From Gynuella sp. (GTDB taxonomy: Bacteria; Pseudomonadota; Gammaproteobacteria; Pseudomonadales; Natronospirillaceae): a stretch of DNA of 32,000 nt. Below are positions 16,997 to 25,927 of this stretch, in pieces. Below the pieces are notes generated by a model. The model saw only the letters and a program-made list of their open reading frames with translations, was not told the DNA's origin and searched no databases. The stretch lies in assembly GCA_028282465.1 (NCBI GenBank), contig JANQHX010000094.1, forward strand, positions 38,265-70,264, read 5' to 3'. The translations under genes were made by a program, and so were the position numbers. Within the stretch, counting starts at the first letter, position 1. Every line of letters begins with the position of its first letter.

Positions 16997-18514
16997 TCAT
17001 GGAGCCAATTCCTGAGTATTGGTTGAAACACCAGGAATTAAATTGATTAATTCAATAAATGGCTGGTTGTAGAAGAACAACACTAAACACCCAATACTGG
17101 TAATCACAATGGCGATTAAACTGGGCAGTGGCGCCTCTTTGGTTTGCGACCAAGACCAGGGCTGTTCATTTTTTTCCGGTGAATTAAAAAAAGCTTTAAT
17201 GGGAATAGGTAGAAGGTAAGCAATATTTAATAAAGAACTGATGGTCAAAACGGCTAGCACAATTAATTTATCCGCCTCTAACGCACCCACAAATAAAAAC
17301 CATTTGCTCCAGGTTCCAGCGAAAGGTGGCAAACCAATAATACTTAATGAGCCGATAGCAAATGCAATCATTGTGATTGGCATGGTACGACCCAGCCCTG
17401 CCATTTCACTGATATTTTTTTTATGAGCAGCCACCATAATGGCGCCCGCACAAAAGAATAACGTAATCTTGCCAACGGCATGGGTAACGATGTGAAGAGT
17501 GGCTCCTGCAGTGGCAACTGATGAAGCTAACAGCGCACCTAAAACAATATAACTGAGCTGGCTAACCGTTGAATAAGCAAGTCGCGCTTTCAAATTATCT
17601 TTGGTCATGGCAATGCATGAAGAAAGTAAAATGGTTGCCGCTGCGATATAAAGCATTAGATCTGCAGTGGGTACTTCTTTCAGACCATCAATACCAAATA
17701 TATAAATGGCCACTTTGAGAATACTGAAAACACCGGCTTTTACCACAGCGACCGCATGCAATAATGCGCTAACCGGTGTGGGTGCAACCATAGCCGCTGG
17801 CAACCACCGATGAAACGGCATGATTGCAGCTTTACCAATGCCGTAGCAAAACAGAACCAATAACACACCCAACACAAGGGGGTTATTGACCTCATTTAAA
17901 ATTCCGCCCGGTGTAAATTCCAAAATACCTGCAACTGACCAAGTACCCAATACTGCTAGCAAAAGAAATGCGATAGACGTACTCAATAGAATGCCTAAAT
18001 AGATTCTTCCACCCTTTTTCGCTTCGTAAGTACCTGCATGAGTCACCAATGGGTAGGTAGAGAGTGTCAGCACTTCATAAAAAACAAAAAGAGTGAGCAA
18101 GTTTCTAGAGAAACAAATAGCCATGACTGAACTAATTGCTAAAGCAAAACAGAAAAAGAATCGAGTTTGATTTTTCTCGTGATGACCACGCATATACCCA
18201 ATGGCGTAAATACTGGTAATAATCCAAAGAAAGCTGGCAACCAGTGCAAATAAAACACCCAATGGCTCAACTTCAAACGCCAAAGCAATACCTGGAACCA
18301 ATTCAACCCAGGTGACTTGCATTTGAACACCATTGAAGGCATTACTGGTAATGGCAAGTACGATGGTAAAAAGAATGATCGAGGTAGTAATGGTGACTGC
18401 TTCACGCAGGTTAGGTGACTTTCTAGCTGCCAATAAGGCACACCCACCAATTAAAGGAACAATAATCGCTAATAAAATTAATTGTGACGGTTCAACAAAC
18501 CCCCATAAGTTCAT
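16997..18514 (-). CDS. Mrp/Mnh-type antiporter, NuoL/M/N-like membrane subunit (second copy)
   Basis: 505 aa polytopic; RNLLTLFVFYEVLTLSTYPLV, GIGKAAIMPFHRWLPAAMVAPTPVSALLHAVAVVKAGVF. Confidence 0.92.
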   Translation of the reverse strand: MNLWGFVEPSQLILLAIIVPLIGGCALLAARKSPNLREAVTITTSIILFTIVLAITSNAFNGVQMQVTWVELVPGIALAFEVEPLGVLFALVASFLWIITSIYAIGYMRGHHEKNQTRFFFCFALAISSVMAICFSRNLLTLFVFYEVLTLSTYPLVTHAGTYEAKKGGRIYLGILLSTSIAFLLLAVLGTWSVAGILEFTPGGILNEVNNPLVLGVLLVLFCYGIGKAAIMPFHRWLPAAMVAPTPVSALLHAVAVVKAGVFSILKVAIYIFGIDGLKEVPTADLMLYIAAATILLSSCIAMTKDNLKARLAYSTVSQLSYIVLGALLASSVATAGATLHIVTHAVGKITLFFCAGAIMVAAHKKNISEMAGLGRTMPITMIAFAIGSLSIIGLPPFAGTWSKWFLFVGALEADKLIVLAVLTISSLLNIAYLLPIPIKAFFNSPEKNEQPWSWSQTKEAPLPSLIAIVITSIGCLVLFFYNQPFIELINLIPGVSTNTQELAP

Positions 18515-20034
18515 GGTTTCATCTCCATTACTTGAGGCACTGAGGTTTGTGAATTTTCAAATAGCCATTGTGCGGCTGCGCTGGCTGCGTCAGTCGTTAG
18601 CGATGTATCAATGCCAAAATATAAATTGGCGATGACTAATATCCACATGGGTACCAGCATCAAATATGGCACTTCTTTAACTTGTTCAGGATCAGTGCCT
18701 TCGGGAAGTTTTTGGAAATAAGCCGCCTCTAAAATTCTACCTATATAGACGACCGCTAATAGCGACCCCAACAACACCAGCACAGCCACCAACCAATTAC
18801 CCTGATCCAATGCGGCGCTCACCAAATACCATTTACTAATAAAACCAACGGTCAGAGGCACACCGATAATACTTAGACCAGCTAAGGTAAATCCGGCCAT
18901 GGTCCAAGGCATGTGCTTACCCAACCCACGAAAGTCCTGCAAATTCACGGAACCCACTCGATAGAACACAGCACCAACCGCCATAAACAACGCACCCTTC
19001 ATTAAGGCATGGTTGAAAATATGAATGAGGCCTGCCATTAATCCAGCTGCACTGACTAATGCAATGCCCAAAACCATGTACCCAATTTGCGCAACAGAGC
19101 TAAAGGCTAAAACCGTTTTTACATTGTTCTGTACGGTTGCCATATAAGAGCACTTAAAAATAGCGACAACCGCAAGCACCATTAAAATCAGATCCATACC
19201 CATGTCATTAAATACATGGTCTGCCCCGAAAATGGTGAAGATAAAACGAATCATCACATACACTGCAACCTTGGTCGCCGTGCTGGCTAAAAACGCGGTA
19301 ACAGCAGATGGCGCGTGAGTGTAGGCAGGTGGTAACCACATATGCAGCGGAAACAATGCTAATTTAATTCCCACGCCAACCATCACAAACGCGAGACCCG
19401 TGTTGATGGTTCTACTGCTTTCATAAAGGTTTATGCGCACAGACAAATCAAGCATATTTAAAGTGCCGGTTTTCATATACAGCATACCGACACCGATCAA
19501 AATAAAGGTCGCGCCTATGGTTCCCATCACCAAATAGCGAAAGGCCGCGGTTAAACAACGGCGATCAGATGCAAGACTGACCAGTGTGTAGGTAGCAAGC
19601 GAAGAAATTTCCAAAAACACAAACAGGTTGAAGGCGTCGCCGGTAACCAAGATGCCAGAAAGACCTGCCAAACAAAGCATATGTGCCGTGTAAAACAGTA
19701 AGTGCTTATCGCTCTCAATTTCTTTAGCGACACTGTCTTTTGAATAAATCAAAACTAGGGTTGAAATGGCAGTGACCGCAAGCAAAACAAAAGCATTGGC
19801 AGCATCAATTCGTAATTCAATACCCCATGGTGCCATCCAACCACCCACAGCATAAGATAAAGAACCGCTCGCTAAGCAGGTTATTAATAATTGCCACGCA
19901 GCAATGGTTGCGAAACCACTCACTAGAGTTGCCACCATCCAAGCCAAGCTCGAACGGCCAACTAAAAGCACAATAGGCGCTGCTATCAGCGGTAATAAAA
20001 TGGGCAGCGCAGCTAAATGTTGTTCAAGCATCAA
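18511..20034 (-). CDS. mrpD: Monovalent cation/H+ antiporter subunit D (MrpD/MnhD-like)
   Basis: 507 aa; GDAFNLFVFLEISSLATYTLV, GIKLALFPLHMWLPPAYTHAPSAVTAFLASTATKVAVYV; 4-nt overlap with both neighbours. Confidence 0.92.
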   Translation of the reverse strand: MMLEQHLAALPILLPLIAAPIVLLVGRSSLAWMVATLVSGFATIAAWQLLITCLASGSLSYAVGGWMAPWGIELRIDAANAFVLLAVTAISTLVLIYSKDSVAKEIESDKHLLFYTAHMLCLAGLSGILVTGDAFNLFVFLEISSLATYTLVSLASDRRCLTAAFRYLVMGTIGATFILIGVGMLYMKTGTLNMLDLSVRINLYESSRTINTGLAFVMVGVGIKLALFPLHMWLPPAYTHAPSAVTAFLASTATKVAVYVMIRFIFTIFGADHVFNDMGMDLILMVLAVVAIFKCSYMATVQNNVKTVLAFSSVAQIGYMVLGIALVSAAGLMAGLIHIFNHALMKGALFMAVGAVFYRVGSVNLQDFRGLGKHMPWTMAGFTLAGLSIIGVPLTVGFISKWYLVSAALDQGNWLVAVLVLLGSLLAVVYIGRILEAAYFQKLPEGTDPEQVKEVPYLMLVPMWILVIANLYFGIDTSLTTDAASAAAQWLFENSQTSVPQVMEMKP

Positions 20035-20387
20035 ATTGCATCATCACTATTTTTAAACTCATTCTCTTCTACCGTGCCGTAAGCACGCTTGATTCTAATA
20101 ATGAGGGCTAAACCCACAGAAGTTGTTGCTACACCCACCACAATGGCGGTAAGAATCAACACATGGGGAAGCGGATTGGAATAAAGTTCAACACCTTCCA
20201 CGACAATGGGCGCGGTTCCACCGGTCACCTTTCCCATGGAGATATAAAGCATAAATACAGAAGTCTGAAAGATATTCAAACCTGCTATTTTTTTAACCAA
20301 ATTATTTGCTGATATGACAATATAAAAACCGGTCATCATGAGGAATACCACAACCCAATAATTGTAGTAGTCGAGAATAAAACTCAT
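20031..20387 (-). CDS. mrpC: Monovalent cation/H+ antiporter subunit C (MrpC/NuoK-like)
   Basis: 118 aa; NLVKKIAGLNIFQTSVFMLYISMG, NPLPHVLILTAIVVGVATTSVGLALI. Confidence 0.92.
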   Translation of the reverse strand: MSFILDYYNYWVVVFLMMTGFYIVISANNLVKKIAGLNIFQTSVFMLYISMGKVTGGTAPIVVEGVELYSNPLPHVLILTAIVVGVATTSVGLALIIRIKRAYGTVEENEFKNSDDAI

Positions 20388-21364
20388 GACACGTTTCTCC
20401 TTTCAGCTTGACTGGCAAAGGCGTAAAAAATGCTGAGCATTACCGCAAAAACAGTAATGCCAACGCCGAGTTCAATAATAATAATGCCGTAATGCTGACC
20501 ATGAACAGGATCATGGGCGAGCTTGTTGTAATCAAGAAAGTTACCACCCATAAACATGCTGTAGATTCCAACACTGGCATAAAGCAATACACCTAGCGGC
20601 GCCAGAATTTGCAGAAATTTTGGACTGATTACACGTAGTGCCATAGGTAACCCAAACACCAAGGCATAAAGAATAATGGCCGCCGCTGCTATCACGCCCG
20701 CTTGGAAACCACCCCCAGGGCCATAGTCACCGTGAAACTGAACATATAGGGCAAACAAGATCACAAATGGAATAATGATCTTAGCAACAACGTGCAAAAC
20801 CCGATGAGACTTAAGACCAGAGTCAGGGGCTTCATCATCTTCTTTGCGTCGAACACTTAACAGGGTCAACACGCCAATCATCGCGGCGAATACAACAACG
20901 GTTTCGCCCAATGTATCAAAGCCCCGGTAGCTCGCTAGTACAGACGTAACCATATTAGGCAAGCCCACTTCTACAGGAGACTGTTCTATATAACGTGGTG
21001 CCACATGTTGATGGATAGGATTATTAGCATCACCAAATGGAGGCATGTCTATGGTGCCATATATTAACGCTGCGCCCGTTACCGTCACCACAAGGAAGGG
21101 CAGTATAGAAGAATGCTTACTTTCTTTTTCCTTGCGCCCGGTGAGCGCTAAGGTGCTCAGCATTAATACAGTCGAAATACCAGCACCTACGGCCGCTTCA
21201 GTGAACGCAACATCAACCGCATCTAAGTTAATGAAAATGAGTGCAGACAAAAAGCTGTAAATACCGAACAGCATAACAACAGCGAAGAGATCTTTTAGAA
21301 AGATAATTCTCAATGCAGTGAGTGCTAACATCGACAATAAAACCAAATCTATAAGCACTGCCAT
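20384..21364 (-). CDS. mrpB: Monovalent cation/H+ antiporter subunit B with N-terminal MrpA-C-terminal/MbhD-MbhE-like region
   Basis: 326 aa; N-terminal MbhD-like LDAVDVAFTEAAVGAGISTVLMLSTLALTGR, middle RGFDTLGETVVVFAAMIGVLTLL, C-terminal MnhB-like HGDYGPGGGFQAGVIAAAAII. Confidence 0.92.
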   Translation of the reverse strand: MAVLIDLVLLSMLALTALRIIFLKDLFAVVMLFGIYSFLSALIFINLDAVDVAFTEAAVGAGISTVLMLSTLALTGRKEKESKHSSILPFLVVTVTGAALIYGTIDMPPFGDANNPIHQHVAPRYIEQSPVEVGLPNMVTSVLASYRGFDTLGETVVVFAAMIGVLTLLSVRRKEDDEAPDSGLKSHRVLHVVAKIIIPFVILFALYVQFHGDYGPGGGFQAGVIAAAAIILYALVFGLPMALRVISPKFLQILAPLGVLLYASVGIYSMFMGGNFLDYNKLAHDPVHGQHYGIIIIELGVGITVFAVMLSIFYAFASQAERRNVS

Positions 21365-21365
21365 A

Positions 21366-21689
21366 TTATGAATTCTCTTTTTTCTTTTTAGACTCTGGAA
21401 TACTCAAAAGACCACCGTGACGGGCAGATTTTGCTAAGGCATGGGACGCAGTTGGGCTGGTAATCATTAAAAAGAGCAAAATAAATATTAACTTTGCCGT
21501 ATTTAAATCGAATTGGGTTTGCAGCATTAAGCCAGTCAAAATCAAAATGGATGCGATTGATTCGGTCACACTGGCAGCATGTACTCGCGTGAAAAAGTCT
21601 GGAAATCGGAATAAACCCAATGCACCGGTAAAACCAAAAAACACCCCGACAAGCAAAAGAACGCCACTAAGAATATCCAAAAAGAACAT
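21366..21689 (-). CDS. mrpG: Monovalent cation/H+ antiporter subunit G (MrpG)
   Basis: 107 aa; FGFTGALGLFRFPDFFTRVHAASVTESIASILILTGL. Confidence 0.92.
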   Translation of the reverse strand: MFFLDILSGVLLLVGVFFGFTGALGLFRFPDFFTRVHAASVTESIASILILTGLMLQTQFDLNTAKLIFILLFLMITSPTASHALAKSARHGGLLSIPESKKKKENS

Positions 21690-21710
21690 GCTCTATCCTT
21701 AACCTGTTTG

Positions 21711-21992
21711 TTATTCGATGGGTGCGATGTATTCAAAAAATCGCAACACCGCAATCATTCCAATGAAATTAATAAGCGCATAGACGATGGCGATATCAAG
21801 AAAATCAGGACGCCCCATTAGAAAACCTACCGCCGCGATGAATAACACAGTTTTAGTGCCAAACATATTAACGCCCAAGATTCGGTCATAAACGGTGTCG
21901 GCATAACAGGCTCGGGCTAGGGCCAGCCCCATTACCACTAAAATGGCGATACAAACCGTCGCGAGCACTCCGATCATTTGTTTTCTCCCCAA
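21711..21992 (-). CDS. mrpF: Monovalent cation/H+ antiporter subunit F (MrpF)
   Basis: 93 aa; ARACYADTVYDRILGVNMFGTKTVLFIAAVGFLMGRPDFLDIAIVYALINFIG. Confidence 0.9.
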   Translation of the reverse strand: MGRKQMIGVLATVCIAILVVMGLALARACYADTVYDRILGVNMFGTKTVLFIAAVGFLMGRPDFLDIAIVYALINFIGMIAVLRFFEYIAPIE

Positions 21993-22450
21993 ATACTGGT
22001 GATTTTTCGTTCCATTTCACCAGATTTCAGATCATCAATAGACTCTTTCTGTAACGCATGAACGGTAATCTCGCCATCTTCCAAATCAACACTCATGGTA
22101 CCAGGGGTAAGAGTAATGGAGTTTGCATAGAGAACTCTTGATGCTTCGCGAGTGTTTTGAACGGAAATCTTTTCTAAGGAAGGTGAAAGCTTAATCGTTG
22201 GAGACCAAATTAAACGGGTAACCTGGACACTGGATAATACGATTTGCCAAAACAACCACACAACGTAACGCAGCATGCGGTGACCGATACTAATGACCAT
22301 GGGTTCTTCATCTGCTTTATCCATGCGCCTAAGAAACACTAACACGATAACCACAGACAACACGCCGAATCCGAGCATCAAAGGCTTGAAATAACCTGAA
22401 AGCAGCATCCAAAACACCGCTAAAAACAACGTCCATTTTCCGAAATGCAT
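21974..22450 (-). CDS. mrpE: Monovalent cation/H+ antiporter subunit E (MrpE); start placed at internal ATG
   Basis: ORF track extends to 22579, but MHFGKWTLFLAVFWMLLSGYFKP at 22450 is a normal MrpE N-terminus (~158 aa) with AGGA upstream. Confidence 0.85.
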   Translation of the reverse strand: MHFGKWTLFLAVFWMLLSGYFKPLMLGFGVLSVVIVLVFLRRMDKADEEPMVISIGHRMLRYVVWLFWQIVLSSVQVTRLIWSPTIKLSPSLEKISVQNTREASRVLYANSITLTPGTMSVDLEDGEITVHALQKESIDDLKSGEMERKITSIWGENK

Positions 22451-23213
22451 ATCATTGTTTCCTAAATCGCTCGTTTTCCCGAGTATTATCAACGAATTAT
22501 AGCCGTCATTTAATGTAATAACGACACTATAGCTACTTTGTTTTACAACTGATTTTATTGTTTCATACAAATTAGGCAAATTTTGTGCTTTAAAATAGCG
22601 AGATTGATGAGTTAAATGACAGATCGCAAGCTGACACTTTTAAAGCAGTGGTTTTTGGTGATCCAATATTTACGGAAGCCAAGCTCTTGCGTGACAAACA
22701 CCAGCTTGATAGAACATATAATGCTCGGTATCAATAGCTTGCCTTCCAGATACTCGCGACAGAACTTCAAGTGCCCTTTTCTTTCTGCATCAGTCATTAA
22801 TTCACTAATGAGCATCAGCCAGCTCATTAAAACTTTATCGGGCGATCCAAAACTATTTTCCTAATAGCACATAACTAATGATAGGTATCAAAAGGACAAT
22901 ATTTCCATATCGAAATTATTAGTCTTCATAAAATGATTTAACTACTAAGAATATCCAATGGCAGAGTCATTAAAAAATATATTTATTTAGCTAAGGGGTA
23001 ATTGCCACTTTAGCTTTCGCGTCTTGTTATTTCATTGGCATATTCTTCAATTAAAATTTGACAAGACTAATTTCGATCACCTCGTTTTTTAGCATGATGC
23101 TTTATTGGAAAAAATAAAAACACTTTTTTGGTCAAACAGCCCCCTCTATTCCTTTACTTACCGGTATTTGAAAACTATACATATGTGAGTTGTAGAAATA
23201 GATTAAGAAGTAA

Positions 23214-25889
23214 ATGACACGTCGTACCGATATTGGTCTAAGGCAGGCCATAAGTAATATTGAGCGAATGATGATGGCTGATCCAGAGATGGATCGTGTA
23301 CTCAGTAGATGCCTTTATCAGCTTTTATCTTTATTTAAATCACCCAATGGTTATGTGTTTGAGTGTTACGATACCACTGAAAACCATATCCCTTGGCAAT
23401 TGGCTGCTTACATAAAATCCAATAACGGGGTGTTAACTGAAGAAGACTTCTTTACCACCTCTAGCTTTATCCCCGAAGACCTCAAATCAAAACTGTTAGC
23501 TGGGCGAATAATTGTCGAAACCGAATTTGAAGACAGTGCCATCCCGTTTCCTAAAACTGATCAACCGATCAAGAACTGTATTGTTGTACCTATTGTCGAT
23601 GCGAAACGCATCCATGCAGTATTCGTGCTGTTCGATACCCCAAAGCTAGGCGACCATCTCGCCGAAATCCAAAATAGGCTAAGACCCTTTAATTCAGCCT
23701 GTTTGTGCCTCTTGAATGCCATAGAAAAACGCAGAGTGTTTCAGGCACCCAAGGTGTTTCCACCCACTATTAGCGACCACCCGGAACAATTGCTAGGTGT
23801 TTTAGACAGCCTATTCAATAGCGTTATCATCGTTAACCAAGATGACTTAATCGTCATTTGCAATCAGGCTGCGGCTGCACTTCTTTCTACCTCTCGTCGA
23901 AATATGATTGGCAGTAATATTTCTGAATTTCTACCCAGAGGCGCGCCTTACATTACCAGTCGCCTTAAAGCTCAGCTCAATGGCAGCAACACCAACCATA
24001 AGTCTGCAAGAATTTGGCGAGGTGTTCCCGCAGTTACAGCTGAACAGAAAAATATTATTGTTGACCTGAGCGCTTTTGAAATTCGAGACGGCGATCGTCA
24101 ATTATTAGGCATTGTGCTAAACGACATCAGTGACCGATTAAAGTCTACTTCTGAGTATCATGAAACTCTTCAACGCTTTCAGGTCATTACTAACCTAGCT
24201 CCCGTTGCAATCTTGCAATTAAATAGAGATTGGGAGTGCACCTATGTTAATGATACCTGGTGCGACTATTGTCAGATGACACCAGACGAGACTGAGGGAA
24301 CCGGATGGATAAACGGTGTTCATCGTTCAGATATAGACCAAGTTCTGAATGAGTTAAGAGTTAAAACTAATTTAGAAGGTAAATATGAAGGAGAATTTCG
24401 ATTAGTCACACCTTTAGGCCGAATCATTTGGGTAAAGGCCAACGCCTGTAGCCTTTATTCTGAAGAGGGTGAGATATCTGGACTAATCATCACGTTCCAC
24501 GACATTACTGAGCATTTGAGAAAAGAAGAAAAACTCAAAGACATCGCCGAAAAAGATCAGCTTACCGGTTTAATTAACCGAACTTTATTTAACGACCGAC
24601 TAGAGATTGCCCTTAGTGGCGTTTCTCGTTTTGGCGCTGTGGCATTGATGTTCATTGATTTAGATGAGTTTAAGATGATTAATGACACCATGGGTCACGA
24701 CGCTGGCGATGAGTTATTAAAAGTTGTGGCAAGCCGATTTAGAAAAAACATTCGAAAAGTGGATACCATTGCACGAATTGGCGGCGATGAGTTTACGGTG
24801 ATTCTCACATCCGTCACCAACACCCACTCCATAACCTCAATAGCTGACAAGTTAATTGAGTCGTTGCAAGAACCAATCTATCTTAGTAATAAATGTATTT
24901 ATGTTACGTGCAGCATAGGTATTGCTGTTGCTGAAGACTCGAAAACCAATAGCAAGTCTCTTTTAAAATATGCCGACTCCGCTTTATACCGAGCTAAAGA
25001 CTCAGGTCGAAATCAATATAAGTTTTATACAGAAGAGCTAGACAAGAACGCGCATGTTCACATCCGTCTTAAACAAAGTATTCGTGAAAACGCAAACCGC
25101 GATTTTCATTTGGTATTCCAGCCACAGGTGAATGTAAAAACTGGTGACATAGTCGGGCTTGAAGCACTAGCGCGATGGTCCCATCCAGACCTAGAACCCA
25201 TTGGGCCTAGCGTGTTTATTAAAATGATTGAAGAGTCGGGGCTAATTAAAGACTTTTCAGAGTGGCTACTGACTGAAACATTTTCCACCATGAAGCGATG
25301 GCAAGACCAAGGCCTAATGGATGGAATACGAGTTTCAATAAACCTGTCTGCCAAACAATTCAGAGATAAATCATTAGCGACTTATCTTTATCAGAAAGCA
25401 CGAGAACATGATATTGCCCCCAAATCTGTCATTCTAGAAGTCACAGAAACAGCATTAATTGACGATTCAAGCGTTACTCAAAAAACATTGAACCGCCTTG
25501 CCAGTATGGGGTTTGATTTATCACTAGATGATTTTGGTACTGGTTATTCATCATTAAGCTACTTACGCACAATGCCATTAAAAGGGGTGAAGATAGACAG
25601 ATCCTTCACCAAAGACGTGCTTCACGATGATGAAGACGCAAAAATTGTTACCGCCATTATTCAATTAGCCGGCGCTCTTGAATTAGATCTTGTGGCAGAA
25701 GGGGTAGAAAATGTGTCTGTAATGGAATGGTTAAAGGAACGTCATTGTTACATTCACCAAGGCTTTCATTTTTATGAGCCACTCATAATTGACGATACCG
25801 AACAGGAACTTTTCAACAGGATGAACAACACAACCACTAATCAAAATGTTATAAGACTGGTAACGGAAAACAGAAATAACTTACTATGA
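23214..25889 (+). CDS. GAF-PAS-PAS diguanylate cyclase/phosphodiesterase (GGDEF-EAL)
   Basis: 891 aa; RKVDTIARIGGDEF (I-site-like RxxD plus GGDEF), GLEALARW, NLSAKQF, LEVTETALI, DDFGTGYSSLSYLR, AEGVE. Confidence 0.95.
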   Translation: MTRRTDIGLRQAISNIERMMMADPEMDRVLSRCLYQLLSLFKSPNGYVFECYDTTENHIPWQLAAYIKSNNGVLTEEDFFTTSSFIPEDLKSKLLAGRIIVETEFEDSAIPFPKTDQPIKNCIVVPIVDAKRIHAVFVLFDTPKLGDHLAEIQNRLRPFNSACLCLLNAIEKRRVFQAPKVFPPTISDHPEQLLGVLDSLFNSVIIVNQDDLIVICNQAAAALLSTSRRNMIGSNISEFLPRGAPYITSRLKAQLNGSNTNHKSARIWRGVPAVTAEQKNIIVDLSAFEIRDGDRQLLGIVLNDISDRLKSTSEYHETLQRFQVITNLAPVAILQLNRDWECTYVNDTWCDYCQMTPDETEGTGWINGVHRSDIDQVLNELRVKTNLEGKYEGEFRLVTPLGRIIWVKANACSLYSEEGEISGLIITFHDITEHLRKEEKLKDIAEKDQLTGLINRTLFNDRLEIALSGVSRFGAVALMFIDLDEFKMINDTMGHDAGDELLKVVASRFRKNIRKVDTIARIGGDEFTVILTSVTNTHSITSIADKLIESLQEPIYLSNKCIYVTCSIGIAVAEDSKTNSKSLLKYADSALYRAKDSGRNQYKFYTEELDKNAHVHIRLKQSIRENANRDFHLVFQPQVNVKTGDIVGLEALARWSHPDLEPIGPSVFIKMIEESGLIKDFSEWLLTETFSTMKRWQDQGLMDGIRVSINLSAKQFRDKSLATYLYQKAREHDIAPKSVILEVTETALIDDSSVTQKTLNRLASMGFDLSLDDFGTGYSSLSYLRTMPLKGVKIDRSFTKDVLHDDEDAKIVTAIIQLAGALELDLVAEGVENVSVMEWLKERHCYIHQGFHFYEPLIIDDTEQELFNRMNNTTTNQNVIRLVTENRNNLL

Positions 25890-25927
25890 CCCAGTATTAA
25901 ATTAAACCACAAAGTTTGGAGTCAATT

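Noticed and set aside
22612-22864. Overlapping ORFs on both strands in the 22580-23213 intergenic region
   Set aside because: The two opposite-strand ORFs are mutually exclusive, have no recognisable motif and no clear ribosome-binding site; cannot be called from sequence alone.
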